A stretch of DNA of 29,564 bases from a virus (lineage: Duplodnaviria > Caudoviricetes), in IMG/VR virus record IMGVR_UViG_3300011102_000089, positions 1 to 29,564 of that record. One strand, 5' to 3'. The first letter of the stretch is position 1; each line of letters starts with the position of its first letter. Below the pieces are notes generated by a model, which saw only the letters and a program-made list of their open reading frames with translations, searched no databases and had not been told where the DNA came from. Both the position numbers and the translations under genes were made by a program. Shown here piece after piece: positions 26,801 through 29,564 of the stretch.

Positions 26801-27463
26801 ACAACTTCTCTGACAGCCACTCTCCCGATGCTCGAAGATGTCGTGTTGTCTGCGGCAGCCCTTTTCATGGTGGTCATGCACCGCGAAACGCTCATCCCAC
26901 CGCCAGGGTGGGAATTGGTGGTGAGTGTTCAGGGATTGCTAGGCGGCTCGGGTCAACAGTTCACATCTATTTACCGCAAGAGTGAACTCAACATCGAGGA
27001 TTCCCTCGCCAGCAGCACCTGGCAACAACAATCCGGCAGTAGTTTGCGGTTTTATTTGCAGCCTGTGCTGTTTGAAAGCAGCGATCCCACAAAAGCGGTC
27101 GCGGTGGCTGACACCGGAACTCATGCAAACACCAGCACAAGTGGAACTATCGCTGTACCTGTGTTGACCACGACAACGGATGGTGAAGGCTTCTTGATGG
27201 CGGCTTCTTACTCGTCAGCACGTACCGCTCCTCAGACATCCACGATTACGCCGCCTAGCGGTTCTAAACTGGTATCTCCCGCCACGATGGCTGATAACCG
27301 TCTTGGGGTCGCATGGTTGGCAGCACCCACTGCTGGTATGTCCAATTCTGGAAACTTCGTAACGGATACGGATAGCACCTACGCAAGCGCAGTCACGGTG
27401 CGATTGCGGCTTATCTCGGACGACGGCGGGTACGGTATGAACTATGGGGGCAGCTATGGTTAA
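23846..27463 (+). CDS. Central tail-tip / host-specificity protein with a duplicated C-terminal domain
   Basis: GGAGG SD before MGGKSK. Motifs NPAHVIYE.MTD, VNEIVVTW, LVPGDVVKVTWP, RGVLDT and WSNRNRL. Ends with GYGMNYGGSYG. Confidence 0.85.
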   Translation: MGGKSKPKMEVAEYRLSIHMGIAHKVDKIHALYIDEKKFWSGEITSNTVININQPNLFGGNKEEGGLAGEIHVLMGADGQTLSPWLANKLTGRPGVPGFRGITSLFFTGFQGGRRGFYWTANQPYIKPISVTVSYTPVGLNPSYAAFPDGTVNPAHVIYEAMTDPQLGMGTPTYLFDLPTWNAAAQTLWNEGMGVSLAWVNQSSIEQIVKDLQDLIDGWVFQHPRTGLWTLRLVRGGYDVNTMRTITPDDAIFSNFQRKGLGETVNEIVVTWTNPENEQEETVTVHDNGNLAAQGSIVSDSRNYYAARSAELAAKLAQRDIRVASAPLCACDVVLNRKFWDLVPGDVVKVTWPDYGLNELVMRVGKVDYGMPGDQAIKVNLVEDVFAIPAGSYVSPPSSGWVDPSEPPAPIPANLQHVVTLPSYFLANLMDASSIEDPEVRAGVLVTQTGQDTFAYNLLSYLANAGGTQEWTYIDQLPTLGYAPLPVALEREATSTIADLNPIYGSTYPKVGAFIWIGEPENFDEAAGDGAFRRAELCLITGYGAQGWTVMRGVLDTQPLDWPQGTPFWIIDPDVTMDDLGTIRSAGELARYKALPQTSQGVLDEAQAVQFTGTLTARPYFPARPANVRVNGVPWGPEIIGFGLDAVFTWSNRNRLTETSQILPWDAASIAPEDGQETVVEIFESEPKADSSYKARKISTGQTLTFTNDELVDAVPTGDVAWSVYSIRDGKASFSRVWGRFTLDVGATVKFIRASDHVFGTDISRSVTLPSLDDVVVSASALFMVVMHRDKLTPPPGWELVVTGYSSIAPSTDFVQRTSIYQKTDLSIEDSGAVSTWVQETSSLIYLQALLFECSDSSEGVSVAEKGDRSDNGNSATVAVPVLTTTMPGECFLTAASYVLSSSSVSITITPPANSTLVSPASIASNRLGIAYRNAAQPGVSSSGSFTTSNIGANYGNAITVRLQPTKQIVPAVQFVRAAAQVNSQTTSLTATLPMLEDVVLSAAALFMVVMHRETLIPPPGWELVVSVQGLLGGSGQQFTSIYRKSELNIEDSLASSTWQQQSGSSLRFYLQPVLFESSDPTKAVAVADTGTHANTSTSGTIAVPVLTTTTDGEGFLMAASYSSARTAPQTSTITPPSGSKLVSPATMADNRLGVAWLAAPTAGMSNSGNFVTDTDSTYASAVTVRLRLISDDGGYGMNYGGSYG
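26090..27412 (+). repeat. Two diverged tandem ~672-bp (224-aa) intragenic repeats
   Basis: Copy 1 is about 26090-26740 and copy 2 about 26762-27412. Shared: ALFMVVMHR, PPPGWELVV, TSIY.K..L.IEDS, AVPVLTTT, AASY, TITPP, LVSPA, NRLG and TVRL. Confidence 0.9.
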
Positions 27464-27465
27464 AT

Positions 27466-27495
27466 TTGCCATAATTGCCGTCTCAACAGTAAACT
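27466..27495 (+). promoter_or_regulatory. Putative sigma70-like promoter upstream of the fibre gene
   Basis: TTGCCA-N18-TAAACT in an AT-rich intergenic region. Confidence 0.45.
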
Positions 27496-27500
27496 CAAGA

Positions 27501-27566
27501 AGTTGTAGAAACACCAATTCGGTGTTAATTACAGCTAAGTTCGGCTCAGCCTTATCAAGGCTGAGC
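27501..27566. other. Two adjacent hairpins (structured leader or bidirectional element)
   Basis: Hairpin 1 is AGTTGTAG-a-AACACC-aattc-GGTGTT-aa-TTACAGCT (27501-27536). Hairpin 2 is the perfect GCTCAGCCTT-atc-AAGGCTGAGC (27544-27566). Confidence 0.7.
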
Positions 27567-27588
27567 GTCGGTGAATGAGGGCAAGAAT

Positions 27589-28308
27589 ATGCCATCCCGC
27601 ATATTACCAGGCATCGGTTTGAACGGCTTTTGGGGCCTTGGGGAGCAATGGAAGGTCGGTGGCGACGAAAACTGGCTGAAACTGTCAGTTCTCACGCAAT
27701 TGGTGGTAGAGTCCATTACCGACCCTCTGCCTTCTTCGCCAAGCGACGGATATATCGCCGTCGTTCCGAGTGGCACGGATGCAGGCAAGGTCGCTGTGCG
27801 TGATAACGGCGAGTGGGTCTATCTCCCTGTTCCGGCCGGCACGAGGGCTTGGGTGAAAGATGAAAATATCCAAGCCGTATTCGACGGAACCGACTGGATC
27901 AAGCCGATGTATGGCCAATCCAACATCGTCGGCACCGTCTCTCAGGAATCGGGCGTGCCTACGGGCGCCATTATCGAGCGCGGTTCTAATTCCAACGGCG
28001 AATACGTAAGGTTCGCAGATGGAACGCAGATTTGCTGGGTCCATATGGAAGTTTCAGACCAAGCAATAAATACCCCATATGGATCGGTCTTCCAAGGCTC
28101 TAGAGCTTGGCCATATCCCGCCGCTTTCGCAGAGCGGCCGAGCGTGGCTTGCTCCCTTTTCCGATGGGGAACCGGGGCGAGCATCGGGGGACTCGCAGCC
28201 ACCCCAAGCACAAGTTCAGCCACCCTTCGGGGAATTGATTTCATCAGCCGCGCTAGTGGCACGAACACGGCTATCTCCGCCATTGCTGTTGGAAGGTGGT
28301 TCGTATGA
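27589..28308 (+). CDS. DUF2793-type tail fibre protein
   Basis: N-terminal PSSPSDG....VP...AGKVAV...GEWVYL....G.RAWVKDE....FDG..W. C-terminal GTVSQ..GVPTGAIIERGSNSNGEYVRFADGTQICW...AVGRW fibre tip. Confidence 0.8.
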   Translation: MPSRILPGIGLNGFWGLGEQWKVGGDENWLKLSVLTQLVVESITDPLPSSPSDGYIAVVPSGTDAGKVAVRDNGEWVYLPVPAGTRAWVKDENIQAVFDGTDWIKPMYGQSNIVGTVSQESGVPTGAIIERGSNSNGEYVRFADGTQICWVHMEVSDQAINTPYGSVFQGSRAWPYPAAFAERPSVACSLFRWGTGASIGGLAATPSTSSATLRGIDFISRASGTNTAISAIAVGRWFV

Positions 28309-28598
28309 TGCACATAACACTCCAACCCCAACGTCGAGACGATACGCTTACGGTCGTCAAGTCAGGCGAAGTTTTGCTTATCAATGGGGATGAGGTCGAT
28401 CTGTCTGGCGTTACGGAAGAAAACCCCATCTCGCCTGAAGATTCTCCACATCCGTTCATTGTCGGAACTGTTGAACGAAATGGTGGCGTTTTGCACCTAA
28501 ACCTGGTCTTGCCCCACGGACCAGATGCCTCCGACGCGGTGCGTTTCCCGCAACCCATCATCGACCCTCCTGACGGACCGCTGGCGCTGCCCGAATGA
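28305..28598 (+). CDS. Putative tail fibre assembly/partner protein
   Basis: ATGA-coupled to the fibre gene. MHITLQPQRRDDTL.V.K.G..L.INGE-like start and LPHG...RFPQPI..P.DG..ALP, a family usually found after such fibres. Confidence 0.65.
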   Translation: MMHITLQPQRRDDTLTVVKSGEVLLINGDEVDLSGVTEENPISPEDSPHPFIVGTVERNGGVLHLNLVLPHGPDASDAVRFPQPIIDPPDGPLALPE

Positions 28599-28672
28599 AC
28601 GCGATCGACTTGTCACCCAGTTGCGCCTTGAGTGACAACATTTTGCTGTTTTAACCGCTTAAAGAGGTCGGC

Positions 28673-29008
28673 ATGAAGGAAGACAAGGGCGATCAAGAAC
28701 GCCGGAACGAACGTTGGAAGTTCGACAAAACGCTGAACATTCCCACGATGCTTACTGTCATCGGTCTTGGAGTGAGTCTCACATCCTATGCGACCAAGAT
28801 CGAGAACAAAGCCGACAATGCGTTGGCCGGCGTACAGAGGGTTGAGGCGGTACAAAGCGCCAATCAACAGTCCCAGACCCTTCAGGTGCAGACCCTTCGC
28901 GCCGAAATACGCTCCGATCTGCGCGACGTGAACGCCAAGCTAGACAGCTTACTTCTGCGGCTCGGCACAGGCATGCGCAACATCGATTCGAGCGACTGGC
29001 CCCGTTGA
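28673..29008 (+). CDS. Single-TM coiled-coil membrane protein, putative holin/lysis accessory
   Basis: GAGG SD. One hydrophobic segment (LNIPTMLTVIGLGVSLTSYA) followed by a coiled coil. Directly upstream of the endolysin. Confidence 0.55.
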   Translation: MKEDKGDQERRNERWKFDKTLNIPTMLTVIGLGVSLTSYATKIENKADNALAGVQRVEAVQSANQQSQTLQVQTLRAEIRSDLRDVNAKLDSLLLRLGTGMRNIDSSDWPR

Positions 29009-29028
29009 CTTGAAGAGAAGGCCGCATC

Positions 29029-29564
29029 ATGAGCAAGCAACTCCCCCGAGGCATTCGAAACAACAACCCCGGTAATCTGGAATGGGGTCAGCCCTGGCAG
29101 GGCCTCGTCCCGCGTGAGCAGGCGAGCGATCCGCGCTTTTGCGTGTTCAAGGCGCCGGCCTGGGGCATCCGGGCAATCGCTCGCACGCTAATCACCTACT
29201 ACGACAAGCATCGCATCAATACCGTCCGCGCCGCCATCACGCGCTGGGCACCGCCAAGCGAGAACAACACCGAAGCCTACGTGCAGCAGGTGGCCAGGGC
29301 GCTTGGGGTTGGCGCCAACACCCCGGTCAACTTCCACGACTACGAAGTCATGCGGCCGCTGGCAGAGGCGATCATCCGCCACGAGAACGGCGCCGGGCCG
29401 TTGAAGACGCTCAACACCTGGTACGACGCGCAGACGATCGACGAAGGGCTGCGCCTGGCTGGGGTGGTCAAGCCTGCCAAATCGGCCCTGCTGACGCCCC
29501 AGGGTGCGGCCGCTGGCACCGCCACGGCCGCTGCTGGGACGGCCGCCGTGGTCGAGATCGTCCA
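29029..29564 (+). CDS. Endolysin-like muramidase (NNPGN family), 3'-truncated by the window edge; absent from the ORF track
   Basis: Reads MSKQLPRGIRNNNPGNLEWGQPWQG...RFCVF....WGIRA...TRWAPPSENNTEAY...AIIRHENG, then an Ala/Thr-rich hydrophobic extension. Confidence 0.82.
   Translation, partial: MSKQLPRGIRNNNPGNLEWGQPWQGLVPREQASDPRFCVFKAPAWGIRAIARTLITYYDKHRINTVRAAITRWAPPSENNTEAYVQQVARALGVGANTPVNFHDYEVMRPLAEAIIRHENGAGPLKTLNTWYDAQTIDEGLRLAGVVKPAKSALLTPQGAAAGTATAAAGTAAVVEIV

Noticed and set aside
26090-27566. Diversity-generating retroelement (repeat pair plus downstream hairpin at the end of a tail gene)
   Set aside because: The repeats are long, both coding, and differ at all base types rather than only at adenines. 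There is no reverse transcriptase or Avd gene in the window.
1-29564. CRISPR array, tRNA, integrase/att site, invertase shufflon or stop-codon recoding
   Set aside because: No regularly spaced repeats, cloverleaf or recombinase gene was seen, and the genes translate fully with the standard code.

Overview
The window is a continuous, single-strand (+) segment of a tailed dsDNA phage or prophage (siphovirus, chi/BcepNazgul-like gene order). Order: DNA methyltransferase (5'-truncated), SNF2 helicase, an HTH regulator with a coupled small excisionase-like gene, lambda-type packaging and head genes (TerS, TerL/gpA, gpW, portal, S49 protease with nested scaffold, decorator, major capsid), head-tail genes, tail tube, G/GT chaperone with a -1 slippery site, a tape measure carrying a lysozyme domain, YuA/GTA-type tail-tip genes, a DUF2793 fibre plus chaperone, and the start of the lysis cassette. 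The main anomaly is the major capsid gene: it is broken at about 10190 by an apparent ~25-codon frameshifting deletion, while every other virion gene looks intact. Also notable are the CI-like HTH protein with a non-peptidase C-terminal domain and an upstream palindrome, a tandem 224-aa domain duplication in the tail-tip protein, and a promoter plus double-hairpin leader before the fibre gene. No tRNA, CRISPR array, integrase, reverse transcriptase or IS element was seen. All family assignments come from motif recognition and synteny, not from database searches.
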